DNA from: Guyparkeria sp.
Lineage (GTDB): Bacteria; Pseudomonadota; Gammaproteobacteria; Halothiobacillales; Halothiobacillaceae
Direction: 5' to 3'
Length of the DNA: 64,000 nucleotides
Assembly (NCBI GenBank): GCA_041685825.1
Contig: JAWLFB010000002.1
Location: 1,817-65,816 of the forward strand
Of the stretch, positions 1-11,216 are shown in pieces. The position numbers and the translations under genes are program-made. Numbering within the stretch: position 1 is the first letter of the stretch; each line of letters opens with the position of its first letter. Below the pieces are notes generated by a model. That model did no database searches. It saw only the letters and a list, made by a program, of their open reading frames with translations, and was not told the DNA's origin.

Positions 1-545
1 CCCATGAACTCGAGATGCGTGGGCGAGTAGACCGGCACGTGCGCCGCATGGCGCTCGAAGCCCGCGCGAACCGCTTTGGCCACCTCGGCGCGCATCGCCT
101 GCGGGTGAACCTCGGCCATGTGCTCGGGGAATTGAGCGGCAATCACCGCGAACAGGGTATTGGTCAGGCTCTGCAGGCTCGCCAGCCCGTTGACCGGCAG
201 GGACTCGGCCAACGCCGGCGCCTCGTTGTAAAAACGTAGCGTGGCCGCAAGATCGGCCAGCCGATCGGAGAGCATCGCGGCGGGAAACAGGGTGCGCCCT
301 TCCTCAGACTGACAGGTCTTGAGCGCCTTGTCGGCCTGAACGTAGTAGCGGTGGGCTGTCTCCAGGACCAGGAAGGAGAGCAGGGACAGGTCGAGGTCAT
401 TGGCGGCCCGCGGGGCCTGCCAGTCACGTTCGGCCAGAGTCTCGGCCAGACGGATGGCCGCCGCGTCGTCGAGCGTGACGCCCTGATCCAACGCCCAGCC
501 ACCGACTAACCGACGACCCAGCACAAACTGCTTCATGATGTTCAT
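1..545 (-). CDS. hypothetical protein, truncated at left window edge
   Basis: Read manually (absent from the ORF track because it has no stop in the window): MNIMKQFVLGRRLVGGWALDQ...VYSPTHLEFM, open from ATG 545 to the edge; codon usage looks gene-like; no motif recognised. Confidence 0.65.
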   Translation of the reverse strand, partial: MNIMKQFVLGRRLVGGWALDQGVTLDDAAAIRLAETLAERDWQAPRAANDLDLSLLSFLVLETAHRYYVQADKALKTCQSEEGRTLFPAAMLSDRLADLAATLRFYNEAPALAESLPVNGLASLQSLTNTLFAVIAAQFPEHMAEVHPQAMRAEVAKAVRAGFERHAAHVPVYSPTHLEFM

Positions 546-802
546 GGCACGCCCCGTTTTCTATGCTCACCTCTCAACCCACAAGTCACTGTTTTGAAAC
601 ATCAAACCAGCGACCTGCCAAACCCCGCCGCGCCGAGCGGAGCGCGCAATCTACCGGATAATGGCCGTGGGCGCAAAGAAGGGGGCAGAATCGGGCAGCT
701 ATATCGTGCTAAACCGTTGCAGAAAAACGGGTTTTACCCGACAAACGGGCTCGGAAAATGAACGGGTGGACAATCGCGACACACCCGTCGGGCGCCCGTT
801 TT

Positions 803-1348
803 TCAGGCGCTCAGTTCACGCCATTCACCCGGGGCGAGACCATCGAGCCGATAAGGGCCGATCGCCACCCGGATCAGGCGCAGGGTGGGAAAGCCGACGT
901 GGGCGGTCATGCGCCGCACCTGGCGGTTGCGCCCCTCGCGCAGGGTGATCTGCAACCAACTGGTCGGCACGCTCTTGCGGTAGCGCACCGGCGGGTCGCG
1001 CGGCCAGAGCCAATCGGGCTCGTCGATCCGCTCAGCACCCGCCTCCCGCGTGGGGCCGTCCTTGAGAGTCAAGCCGTCGCGCAGGGCGATTAACGCCGCC
1101 TCGTCTATCTCGCCCTCGACCTGTGCGAGATAGACCTTGGCGAGCTTATGGCGCGGGTCGGCCAGACGGTTCTGCAGGCGCCCGTCGTCGGTAAGAAGCA
1201 ACAGACCCTCGCTGTCGCGGTCGAGTCGACCGGCCGGATAGACGCCGGGAAAGTCGATCCAGTCGGCGAGGGTCGCCGCCGGGCTGTTGACCTCGACCGT
1301 GAATTGGGACAAGCAATCGAACGGCTTATTGACGGCGAGAAGAGCCAT
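803..1348 (-). CDS. rluE: 23S rRNA pseudouridine synthase, RluE type
   Basis: [45 protein letters not shown]; no S4 domain. Confidence 0.9.
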   Translation of the reverse strand: MALLAVNKPFDCLSQFTVEVNSPAATLADWIDFPGVYPAGRLDRDSEGLLLLTDDGRLQNRLADPRHKLAKVYLAQVEGEIDEAALIALRDGLTLKDGPTREAGAERIDEPDWLWPRDPPVRYRKSVPTSWLQITLREGRNRQVRRMTAHVGFPTLRLIRVAIGPYRLDGLAPGEWRELSA

Positions 1349-1359
1349 CTCGTTGATCC

Positions 1360-2277
1360 TCAGGCGGAACGCACAAGCGGGGCGTCCCAGGCCTCCCAGC
1401 GCTCGATCTGGGCGGGGTCGGCCCCGGCCTGCTCGAGAAGCCCGACCAGCGCAGGGCGATCGATGCCCTTCCAGGGCGAGGGCGTCTCGGCCAGCGGGAG
1501 ATCGCAGACGATCTCGGTCAGCCGCCGCGACAGGCGCACCTGCGCCTCGTTTTCTTGGAGCAGCCGCTGGGCGCGTGGCGCCCCGCGGAATTTCATGCCG
1601 TAGACGGCGGACAGATTCTCGTAGATTCCGTCGATGCAGCCATGCTTACGCAGCAGTCGGGCGGCGGTACGCGGCCCGATACCCGGCACGCCAGGAATGT
1701 TGTCGGCCACGTCGCCGGACAGCGCCAGCCAGTCGGCGATCTGCGCCGGGCGCACGCCGAAGCGCCGCTCGACGTCGCCATAGGCCATCACCGAGCCGCG
1801 CATGGGGTTGTACCAGCGATCGTCGGGACCGAGCAACTGGGCGAGATCTTTGTCGCCGGTGACGATGGTCACAGCACGCTCGCGGCTGCGCAACCGGCCG
1901 ACCAGCGTGCCGATGACGTCGTCGGCCTCAAAACCGGCATGATCGAGCGCGCCGAAACCGGCCGCGGTGGCCAGCTCGCGACAACGCGGGAACTGCTCCT
2001 TGAGATCGACGGGTGTGGGTGGGCGATGCCCCTTGTAGTCGGGATAGATCGCCTGCCGATGACCGCGTCCGCAGGGGGCATCGAAAATCGCGGCGATGAT
2101 CGGCGCGGGCTGCTTGGGCAGCCAGGTCGATTCCAGAAGCGCCAGCAGGTAGTCGGCAAAACCCAGCACGGCATTGACCGGACGTCCGGCCTGATCGGTG
2201 CGGCCCTTGTCGTAGACGTGCCACGCCCGCCAGATTTGCGCGTGAGCGTCGATCAACCAGGCTCGGGATTGGGTCAT
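1360..2277 (-). CDS. stand-alone 5'-3' exonuclease / flap endonuclease (PolA N-terminal / Xni-like)
   Basis: [44 protein letters not shown]; ATG 2277 overlaps the malic enzyme stop (ATGA). Confidence 0.88.
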   Translation of the reverse strand: MTQSRAWLIDAHAQIWRAWHVYDKGRTDQAGRPVNAVLGFADYLLALLESTWLPKQPAPIIAAIFDAPCGRGHRQAIYPDYKGHRPPTPVDLKEQFPRCRELATAAGFGALDHAGFEADDVIGTLVGRLRSRERAVTIVTGDKDLAQLLGPDDRWYNPMRGSVMAYGDVERRFGVRPAQIADWLALSGDVADNIPGVPGIGPRTAARLLRKHGCIDGIYENLSAVYGMKFRGAPRAQRLLQENEAQVRLSRRLTEIVCDLPLAETPSPWKGIDRPALVGLLEQAGADPAQIERWEAWDAPLVRSA

Positions 2278-3542
2278 CGGGCCCCCGGCATCGGATGCGG
2301 GCGATAGGGCGTGCGCGCCACCCCGTCGGCCTCGGCCGCACCCGCGACCGCTGCAGGCAGGCGTTCGATCAGCCGCGGGTCGAACGGCTTGGGCAAGATG
2401 TACTCCGGCCCGAAGGCCATCGCGTCGATATCGTAGGCCTTGAGCACCGACTCGGGCACGGTCTCCCGGGCGAGTGCCGCCAGCGCCTCGACGCAGGCGA
2501 TCTTCATGTTGGGCGTGATCCGACGGGCACGGCAATCGAGCGCGCCGCGGAAGATGAACGGGAAGGCCAGAACGTTGTTGACCTGGTTGGGGTAGTCGCT
2601 GCGCCCCGTCGCCATGATCAGATCGTCACGCACTTGGTGGGCGAGCTCGGGCAGGATCTCCGGGTCGGGGTTGGCCAAAGCGAAGACCACCGGCTTCTCA
2701 GCCATACTGGCGAGCATCTCCTCGCTGATCAGGTTGGGTGACGACAGGCCGACGAAAGCATCGGCTCCCACAAGCGCCTCGGCGAGCGTGCGAGCCTCGG
2801 TGTTCGCGGCAAAGCGACGATGATGCAGGGGCAGGTCCTCGAGTCCCTCGTGCAGCACACCGACACGATCGACCACCAGCAGGTTCTCGCGCTTGAGGCC
2901 CATGTCGAGCAGCAAGTTTAGGGTGGCCGTGCCGGCCGCACCCGCCCCGACCAGCACCAGTTTCGCCTCCTCAAGCCGCTTACCCTGCAGGCGCAGGGCG
3001 TTGGTCAGCCCGGCGGCGATGATGATCGCGGTGCCGTGCTGGTCGTCGTGGAAGACAGGGATGTCCATCGCCTCACTGAGCGCCGCCTCAATCTCAAAGC
3101 AACGCGGCGCGCAGATGTCCTCCAGATTGACGCCACCGAAGGAGGGCTCGAGCCGACGCACCGTATCGATGAAGGCCCGGGGGTTTTCCGCCTCGACCTC
3201 CAGGTCGACCACGTCGATATCGGCGAATCGCTTGAACAGCACGCCCTTGCCCTCCATCACCGGCTTGGAGGCCAGTGGCCCGAGATTGCCCAAACCCAGG
3301 ATCGCCGAGCCATCGGAGATCACGGCCACCAGATTTCCGCGGGCGGTGTACTGCCAGGCGGCGTCCGCATCGGCGGCAATGGCGCGTACCGGCTCGGCCA
3401 CACCGGGCGAGTAGGCCAGCGCCAGATCGCGGGCCGTCTCGGTGGGCTTGGTGATTGCCGTGGCGATCTTCCCCGGCTGCGGCTTGGCGTGATAATCGAG
3501 CGCTTCGACGCGCCGTTGTTCGGCATCGGGACGTTGTGTCAT
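2274..3542 (-). CDS. maeB: NAD(P)-dependent malic enzyme (short form, no PTA domain)
   Basis: LALAYSPGVAEP, GLGNLGPLASKPVMEGK, FHDDQHGTAII, GAGAAG, ATGRSDYPNQVNN. Confidence 0.9.
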   Translation of the reverse strand: MTQRPDAEQRRVEALDYHAKPQPGKIATAITKPTETARDLALAYSPGVAEPVRAIAADADAAWQYTARGNLVAVISDGSAILGLGNLGPLASKPVMEGKGVLFKRFADIDVVDLEVEAENPRAFIDTVRRLEPSFGGVNLEDICAPRCFEIEAALSEAMDIPVFHDDQHGTAIIIAAGLTNALRLQGKRLEEAKLVLVGAGAAGTATLNLLLDMGLKRENLLVVDRVGVLHEGLEDLPLHHRRFAANTEARTLAEALVGADAFVGLSSPNLISEEMLASMAEKPVVFALANPDPEILPELAHQVRDDLIMATGRSDYPNQVNNVLAFPFIFRGALDCRARRITPNMKIACVEALAALARETVPESVLKAYDIDAMAFGPEYILPKPFDPRLIERLPAAVAGAAEADGVARTPYRPHPMPGAR

Positions 3543-3655
3543 GGGGGCCTGGGCAGTGTGGGTTTGATCGGTGTGGATGACGGGGTCACATCTTATCAGC
3601 GCCCGTCGGGCGCGTCAGGGCGATAGCCCGTGCGATTGGACGCTATGATGCGCAC

Positions 3656-4171
3656 ATGACCTCCTCAATCCGCTCACTGACTGCCCGACCGCTTGTCACG
3701 ACCCTGCTTCTGGGTGCGCTACTGCTGGTCGCATGGCTAACCTGGGGCAGTCCGTCGTCCGACGACGGTACCCAACGGGTAATGTGGCTGGGCGGCGAGC
3801 GTTTCGAGATCGAGCTGGCGACCACCCCAACGAGTCGCCAGCGGGGGTTGATGCACCGCCCGCCGCTTGCAGAGGACCAGGGCATGCTATTCATCTACCC
3901 GGACGAGGCACGGCGCTCTTTCTGGATGAAGAACGTCTCGTTTGCTATCGACATTCTCTATCTCGATGCCGAATGGCGCGTGATCCACCGGCACGAGGCC
4001 GTGCCGCCCTGCCGCCGCGACCCTTGCCCCGGTTACCCGAGCGACGCCGCCGCGCGCTACGTGCTCGAACTGCCCGCGGGCACGGCAGGCCGGCTGTCAC
4101 TTGAAGCAGGCACCCGGATCGACCCACCCGCACCGGTTGGCGCGGCCAAGAAAAAAGCCCCGGACGGTTAG
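3656..4171 (+). CDS. DUF192 family exported protein
   Basis: N-terminal hydrophobic segment; ELA.T...RQRGLMHR, GMLFIY, FWMKNV, YVLELPAG. Confidence 0.85.
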   Translation: MTSSIRSLTARPLVTTLLLGALLLVAWLTWGSPSSDDGTQRVMWLGGERFEIELATTPTSRQRGLMHRPPLAEDQGMLFIYPDEARRSFWMKNVSFAIDILYLDAEWRVIHRHEAVPPCRRDPCPGYPSDAAARYVLELPAGTAGRLSLEAGTRIDPPAPVGAAKKKAPDG

Positions 4172-4183
4172 TCCGAGGCCTTT
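4151..4183 (-). terminator. intrinsic terminator for the OmpA lipoprotein gene (probably bidirectional)
   Basis: GCCCCGGAC-N5-GTCCGAGGC stem flanked by A6 and T3, between convergent genes. Confidence 0.65.
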
Positions 4184-4205
4184 GCCGTAAAATCGGTGTT
4201 GGGAG

Positions 4206-4862
4206 TTACTGCTGCTGAGCAGGCAGGATCAGGATCTCGACCCGGCGGTTCTGCGAGCGCCCCTGGGCGGTGTCGTTGGTCGCAATCGGGCGGCTAAAGC
4301 CGTAACCGACCGGCTGCAGGCGACTAGCAGGCACACCGGAGCGAGACAGGTAGCTCGTCACGCTCTCGGCACGATTAAGCGACAAGTCTTGGTTGTAGCT
4401 CGCCGAGCCGGTCGAGTCGGTGTGACCCTCGACACGCACCACGGTGTTCGGATATTGCTGTAGCGAGTTGGCCAGCTGATCGAGGGTGGAGCGGAATTGC
4501 GCCTTGATGTCGGCACTATTGGTGTCGAAGGTGATCGACTCGGGGGCCTGCAGGCGGATGGTGTCGCCTTGGCGCTGGACATCAATGCCTGTGCCCTGCA
4601 TCTCCTGACGCAACTCGCGTTCCTGCTGGTCCATCTGGCGGCCGACCAGACCACCGACGGTGGCACCTACCGCAGCGCCGATCAGGGTGCCGCCGGTCTT
4701 GTTGCCCGAACCGGCAATCACGTTGCCGAGCAGTGCACCGGCACCGGCGCCGACAGTCGCCCCCGTCGTGGTCTTGCGGTTCTCGCCCGTGTAGGGGTTT
4801 TGTGCACAGCCGGCCACGAGCAACACGCTCGCGGCGGCGGCGATCAACGTCATGTGTTTCAT
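4206..4862 (-). CDS. OmpA-family lipoprotein with glycine zipper (YiaD-like)
   Basis: Lipobox VAGC, NPYTGE, Gly zipper, GHTDSTG, LSLNRAESV, NRRVEI; start may be 4871, 4862 or 4853. Confidence 0.9.
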   Translation of the reverse strand: MKHMTLIAAAASVLLVAGCAQNPYTGENRKTTTGATVGAGAGALLGNVIAGSGNKTGGTLIGAAVGATVGGLVGRQMDQQERELRQEMQGTGIDVQRQGDTIRLQAPESITFDTNSADIKAQFRSTLDQLANSLQQYPNTVVRVEGHTDSTGSASYNQDLSLNRAESVTSYLSRSGVPASRLQPVGYGFSRPIATNDTAQGRSQNRRVEILILPAQQQ

Positions 4863-5036
4863 AATCGTCACTCCTTGGATGGTCGCCAGAATCGGGCGGC
4901 TGTCGAGCTATCCACGATCCCGCTAAACTTGACGGCCCGAAAGGGCCAGTTGACGGGATTCAGGTACTAGATAAGGCCTTCGGAAACTCGGTTGGTTCCC
5001 ACCCGATCTCTTGGCAGAAATTCTGAATTCCGGTGA

Positions 5037-6221
5037 TTAGATAGTAGCGCATGCACCCAGGACCGACAGAAGTTCTTCCACGTCGTCCCGCTGGTGTGCC
5101 ACACTGAAGGTCACCCGCAGGCGCGAGCTGCCCACCGGGACCGTCGGGGGACGGATCGCCGGCACAAGCAGCCCCGCCGCGTCGAGCCGCTCGGCCATCG
5201 CCAACGCTCGGTCCGCCTCACCCACCGACAATGGCTGGATCGGAGTGGATGACGGCATCGGCTCGAGCCCCTCGATGCCAGCCAAACCGGCGCGAAACAG
5301 GCGCACCAGCTCAGTTAGGTGATCACGGCGCCAGCCCTCGTCACGGACGATCACCAGAGCGGCACGCGAGGCCTCGGCCACGGCCGGTGGCTGCGCGGTG
5401 GTGAACAGGTAGGTGCGCGCCCGTTGCAGCAGCACCGCCAACGGCTCGCCGGCACCGGCCACAAAGGCCCCGGCCGTGCCAAAGGCCTTGCCGAGGGTGC
5501 CGACCCGCAGCACTCGCTCGCCGGGCACCAGGCCGGCGGCCTCGAAACTGCCCCGCCCCCGGGCGCCGAGCACACCGAAGGCGTGCGCCTCGTCGACCAC
5601 CAGCCAGGCATCGAAACGATCGGCCAGCTCGGCCAGTTCGGCCAGCGGCGCAATGTCACCGTCCATGGAGAACACACCGTCGGTGAGGATCATGCGCTCG
5701 CCACGGGCGCGCTCGAGGCGAGCCTCGAGGTCGGCCAGGTCGTTGTGGCGATAGCGGGACAGGCGAGCGCCGGAAAGCTGCACGGCATCGATCAGCGAGG
5801 CGTGATTGAGCCGATCGGCGATCACGGTGTCACCCCGCCCCATCAGGGCTCCGACCACGCCGAGGTTCGCCATGTAGCCAGTGGAAAAAAGTCGCGCGGC
5901 ATCCACGTCGAGCCAGTTTGCCAGTTCATCCTCCAGCCGCTGATGGGGTTCGAAGTGGCCGTTAATGAGGTGCGCCGACCCCGCACCCACCCCGTAACGG
6001 TCGATGCCCGCGTGCATGGCGTCGGCCAGCCGCGGATCGTTGGCTAACCCGAGGTAGTCATTACTGCAGAAGGCTAGATGCTTACGCCCGTCGATCCACA
6101 TGCGTGCCCCCTGGGGCGAGGCAGCCACCCTCAGCCGGCGGGTCAGCCCCGCTCCGGCACGCTCGTCCAGCCACTGTGTCCAATCATGCTTTGTGATAGC
6201 GTCACCTTCACTGTAATCCAA
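5037..6221 (-). CDS. bioF: 8-amino-7-oxononanoate synthase
   Basis: FCSNDYLGLA, GYMANLG, NHASLIDA, GVFSMDGD, DEAHAFG, TLGKAFG, IRPPTVP; start uncertain (TTG 6221 or ATG 6263). Confidence 0.9.
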   Translation of the reverse strand: MDYSEGDAITKHDWTQWLDERAGAGLTRRLRVAASPQGARMWIDGRKHLAFCSNDYLGLANDPRLADAMHAGIDRYGVGAGSAHLINGHFEPHQRLEDELANWLDVDAARLFSTGYMANLGVVGALMGRGDTVIADRLNHASLIDAVQLSGARLSRYRHNDLADLEARLERARGERMILTDGVFSMDGDIAPLAELAELADRFDAWLVVDEAHAFGVLGARGRGSFEAAGLVPGERVLRVGTLGKAFGTAGAFVAGAGEPLAVLLQRARTYLFTTAQPPAVAEASRAALVIVRDEGWRRDHLTELVRLFRAGLAGIEGLEPMPSSTPIQPLSVGEADRALAMAERLDAAGLLVPAIRPPTVPVGSSRLRVTFSVAHQRDDVEELLSVLGACATI

Positions 6222-6261
6222 GCGCCGGCCGTCGAGCCGGACGCACCCGAGGCTCGCCCGC

Positions 6262-8282
6262 ATGCGTCTGCCGGTCAACATCTTCCTGTGGACCTTTACC
6301 GCCACCCTGGTGCCGCTCGTGCTGCTGGTGTGGGGCGTGACCAGCTACAGTGAACAGCGCTTCCAGAAGGAAGTTAGCCGGGAAATCGACGAGAACATCG
6401 ACTCGTTGATCGGCGAGATGAGCAACCGGATGCGCTACGAGCGCGAGGTGGTCGAAGGCATCGGCCAGTCACAGGAAATCCAGACCATGCTCAATGCCCT
6501 GATGGCCTCGTCGATGGGCATTCGCCACCCCGAGCTGACCTCGATGCGCATCAACGCCAACCGCTTCTTGGCAGGCCTGCAGCGCACCGTACCGGGGCTG
6601 GGGAGTATCCGCATTCTCGACGCGGCCGGCAACACGGTCATCAAGGTCACCCTCGGGCGGGTCGCCTCGCCCTCCTTCGACAGCCTCGGGCAGGTCAACT
6701 ACGTCGAGGAGGAGTTCGACAACGACCGCTTCCTGCAGCGGCTGGAGGGCCTGCCCTCCGACCAGATCAGCTTCATGACCCTGCCGCTGGACTTCGGCGA
6801 CGCCCTGCCCGGCCGGGAACCGAGCACCCTGTACGCCGTGCGCCCGCTGCGCAACGTCGACGACCGCACAGCCGGTTACGTGGTGGTCAACACCTTCGGC
6901 GAGCAACTCGACCAGATACTGTCCTTCTCGCCCCGCCCCCGGGACGGCAAGGTAATGATCATCGAACACAACCCGGGCATGCCGGCCCGCGACGGCCTGC
7001 TTTTGTTCGACGATCAGCGCGGCATCGGCTTCATCAGCCCGTTTGAGAACGGCGGCCAGGCCGACTACCCTGACGCCCGGCAAATCGACGGCGGGGCATT
7101 CTGGGATGCCGCCGTGGCGCAATCGAACGGCTCCTATCTTAGCGCGGACGGCAACACCCGCTACTACTATCAGGAGTACCATCCCTACCCGCATAGCCTC
7201 GCCTCGTGGTTCGTGGCCTTCAAGTTGCCGGCTGACATCACCACCGCCCCGTTCCGGGATATCCGGCTGAGTCTGTTCGGCTTCGGCCTGCTGGCTTTGG
7301 TGATGAGCCTGCTGTTCGCCGGTCTCGGGGCGAGATTCTTTTCCCGGCCGATCATCCGACTCTCCGAGAGCCTCAAGCGATTCGCCGACGGGCACCGCGA
7401 CGGCCCGATCCCGGTGGACTCGCGCACCACCGAGGTCCACGAGTTACAGGCCTCGTTCCGCTATCTGACCACCCATCTCGCTGAAGAGGCTCGCCGGCGT
7501 GACCGCGCGGAAAAGAAGGCCCTTCAGCAGGCCAAGCTCGCCTCGATCGGCGAGATGGCCGCCGGCATCGGCCACGAGATCAACAACCCGCTCAACAACA
7601 TTCTCACGCTCACCCGACTAGTCGAGCGCCAGCTCCCGGCGGACCAGCCCGGGGTCCACGCCGACATGAATGACCTGCGTGCCGAAGCGCATCGCGCCAG
7701 CCGCATCGTGCGTGGCGTGATGAACTTCGCCCGCCAGTTGCCCCCCGAACACGAGGAGATCGCGTTGGCCGAGTGGCTAGAGGAGGTGATCGACCGCATG
7801 GAGCCCGAGGCCATGGAGGCCGACGTGCATCTAGCCCTACTGAGCGCTACCGCTCGCTGCCAGGCGGAATTCGATCCCGGCCAGATGGAACAGGTGATCG
7901 CCAACTTAGTCCGAAACGCCATTCACGCCAGCCCCACCGGTGGCCATATACTGATTCAGGCCGAATGCCTCGACGAAACCGTCCGGATCGAGATCCGCGA
8001 CGAGGGCAGTGGCCTGCCGACCGAGGTGATCGAGCAGATATTCGACCCGTTCTTCACCACCAAGGAGGTCGACCGTGGCACGGGCCTGGGACTATCGATC
8101 AGCTTAGGTATCGTGCAATACCACGGTGGCGAACTGACGCTGGAAAACCGGCGTGATCTAGGCGAGGACGCCACCGGCGTGCTCGCCCGGGTCGTGCTGC
8201 CACGCCACAAGGCACGGCCACGCGTCATCCGCCCCCCAGAAACATCTCCCTTCCCGAGAACCGCTCCATCGACAACGACGCC

Positions 8283-8286
<4 letters not shown>
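6262..8286 (+). CDS. membrane sensor histidine kinase (2 TM, large periplasmic domain, HAMP, HisKA, HATPase); candidate Sox-regulating sensor
   Basis: H-box GIGHEINNPL, N-box NLVRNAIHA, DEGSG, FDPFFTTK, GTGLGL; overlaps the regulator start (ATGA). Confidence 0.92.
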
Positions 8287-9638
<1,352 letters not shown>

Positions 9639-9674
9639 CACCCACGTCGCCCGGGCCGACCTCATCCGAAATCA

Positions 9675-9717
9675 TTGCAACGCCGGGCGCACCGAAATTG
9701 CAGATTGCAACTTGCAA
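9675..9717 (+). promoter_or_regulatory. candidate upstream activator sequence: overlapping palindromes TTGCA-N3-TGCAA
   Basis: TTGCAGATTGCAA (9698-9710) and TTGCAACTTGCAA (9705-9717), plus TTGCAA at 9675-9680; 50-95 bp upstream of the -24 box. Confidence 0.6.
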
Positions 9718-9748
9718 CGGATGACCGAATCCCATCGTTACCCTTTGC

Positions 9749-9761
9749 CAACAATGACTTA
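9749..9761 (+). promoter_or_regulatory. IHF-like site
   Basis: CAACAATGACTTA vs consensus WATCAANNNNTTR (2 mismatches); lies between the palindromes and the promoter. Confidence 0.4.
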
Positions 9762-9767
9762 CCAAAC

Positions 9768-9783
9768 TGGCACGGGCCATGCT
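9768..9783 (+). promoter_or_regulatory. sigma-54 (-24/-12) promoter of soxYZ
   Basis: TGGCACGGGCCATGCT = GG-N10-GC with TGGCACG; followed by SD GAGGAG and the soxY ATG. Confidence 0.85.
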
Positions 9784-9828
9784 TCTCCTTGGGGCGTGGA
9801 CAACCACACATTAACGAGGAGTTAAGAT

Positions 9829-10299
9829 ATGCAAACCAAGCGTCGCGTATTTCTGAAAGGCAGCCTCGCTGCCAGTGCTGCTGGCCTGGCCGTTGGTGCC
9901 GGTCTGCTTTCCCCGCGTGCCGTTCTGGCCGCCGAGTGGCCGGAAAGCGCCTTCAAATCCGAGAGCATGGACAACGCCCTGAACGAGCTGTTCGGCAGCT
10001 CTGACGTTTCCGACTCAGACGACATCACCGTCAAGGCCCCGGACATCGCCGAGAACGGCGCCGTTGTTCCGGTCACCGTCGAGTCTGCCATCGCAGACTC
10101 TGGCAAGGTCGCAATCTTCGTTTCGAAGAACCCGACTCCGCTGGTCGCTTCCTTCGACCTGTCTGGCGCCAACCCGTTCGTCTCCACCCGCATCCGCATG
10201 GGCGAGACCGACGACGTAACCGGCGTAATTCACGCTGGCGGCAAGCTTTACAAAGCCGGCAAAGAAGTCAAGGTAACTATCGGTGGCTGCGGCGGCTAA
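9829..10299 (+). CDS. soxY: thiosulfate oxidation carrier protein SoxY
   Basis: Tat signal KRRVFLK; APDIAENGAVVPV; C-terminal swinging arm VKVTIGGCGG. Confidence 0.97.
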   Translation: MQTKRRVFLKGSLAASAAGLAVGAGLLSPRAVLAAEWPESAFKSESMDNALNELFGSSDVSDSDDITVKAPDIAENGAVVPVTVESAIADSGKVAIFVSKNPTPLVASFDLSGANPFVSTRIRMGETDDVTGVIHAGGKLYKAGKEVKVTIGGCGG

Positions 10300-10355
10300 T
10301 CAGCCTCTGAACCGAAGTCATTGATTAAAGACAGATAACCCAAGAGGTATAGATT

Positions 10356-10661
10356 ATGTCTACTATCCGCATGCGCATTTCTCCGGCCGGCGACGTCCTG
10401 GACGTGAAGGCCCTGATCCGTCATCCGATGGAAACCGGCAACCGCGAAGACAAGTCCACCGGCGAGAAAATCCCGGCCGACTACATTCAGACCATGAATG
10501 TACAAGTCAATGGCGAAGAAGTCATGACCTGCAACCTGTCGGAAGGTGTCTCCAAGAACCCCTACCTGAACATCAAGATACCGGGCGCGAAGGGTGACGA
10601 GGTCACCATCTCCTGGAACTCCAACACAGGTGACACCGACGAGGCGACCCAGGCTGCCTAA
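10356..10661 (+). CDS. soxZ: thiosulfate oxidation carrier complex protein SoxZ
   Basis: VKALIRHPMETG, VSKNP; no signal peptide; directly after soxY. Confidence 0.95.
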   Translation: MSTIRMRISPAGDVLDVKALIRHPMETGNREDKSTGEKIPADYIQTMNVQVNGEEVMTCNLSEGVSKNPYLNIKIPGAKGDEVTISWNSNTGDTDEATQAA

Positions 10662-10685
10662 GGCAGACTGATTAACCCGAAGGGC

Positions 10686-10712
10686 AAGGCCCGCCACTCG
10701 GCGGGCCTTTTT
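10686..10712 (+). terminator. intrinsic terminator closing soxYZ
   Basis: AAGGCCCGCC-ACTC-GGCGGGCCTTTTT. Confidence 0.85.
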
Positions 10713-10763
10713 CGTGCCTGGCGTCTTTATCTCGGCGGGCGACAGCGACCGCTTCCGGCCCGC

Positions 10764-11216
10764 TCAAGCGGGCGGCGGTGCCTCCAGCCAGAAAGTCACC
10801 GGTCCATCATTGACCAGTTCGACCTGCATACTCGCCCCAAAACGCCCAGTCGCTACGCCCCCTAGGCAGCGGTGGCTTAGCGCGCCGCCGAATACGCCGA
10901 ACAACTCTTCCGCCTCCTCTGGATCGGCCGCCGAGGTAAAGCTGGGCCGATTACCGCGACGGGTGTCCGCCGCCAAGGTGAACTGTGGCACGGCCAGCAC
11001 CCCGCCCCTAGCCTGCTGAACGGACAGATTCATTCGGCCGGCCTCGTCGGGGAACACGCGGTAATTGAGCACCCGCTCGGCCAAACGCTCGGCCTGGTCG
11101 GGGCCATCCCCCTGCTCGACCCCGACCAAGCAGACCAGTCCCACCCCGATTTCGCCCACCACTACCCCATCGACCCGCACGGCACCCCACCGGGCGCGCT
11201 GGATCAGACCGATCAC
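10764..11216 (-). CDS. dtd: D-aminoacyl-tRNA deacylase
   Basis: QFTLAADTRRGNRPSF, GRFGASMQVELVNDGPVT. Confidence 0.95.
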   Translation of the reverse strand: MIGLIQRARWGAVRVDGVVVGEIGVGLVCLVGVEQGDGPDQAERLAERVLNYRVFPDEAGRMNLSVQQARGGVLAVPQFTLAADTRRGNRPSFTSAADPEEAEELFGVFGGALSHRCLGGVATGRFGASMQVELVNDGPVTFWLEAPPPA

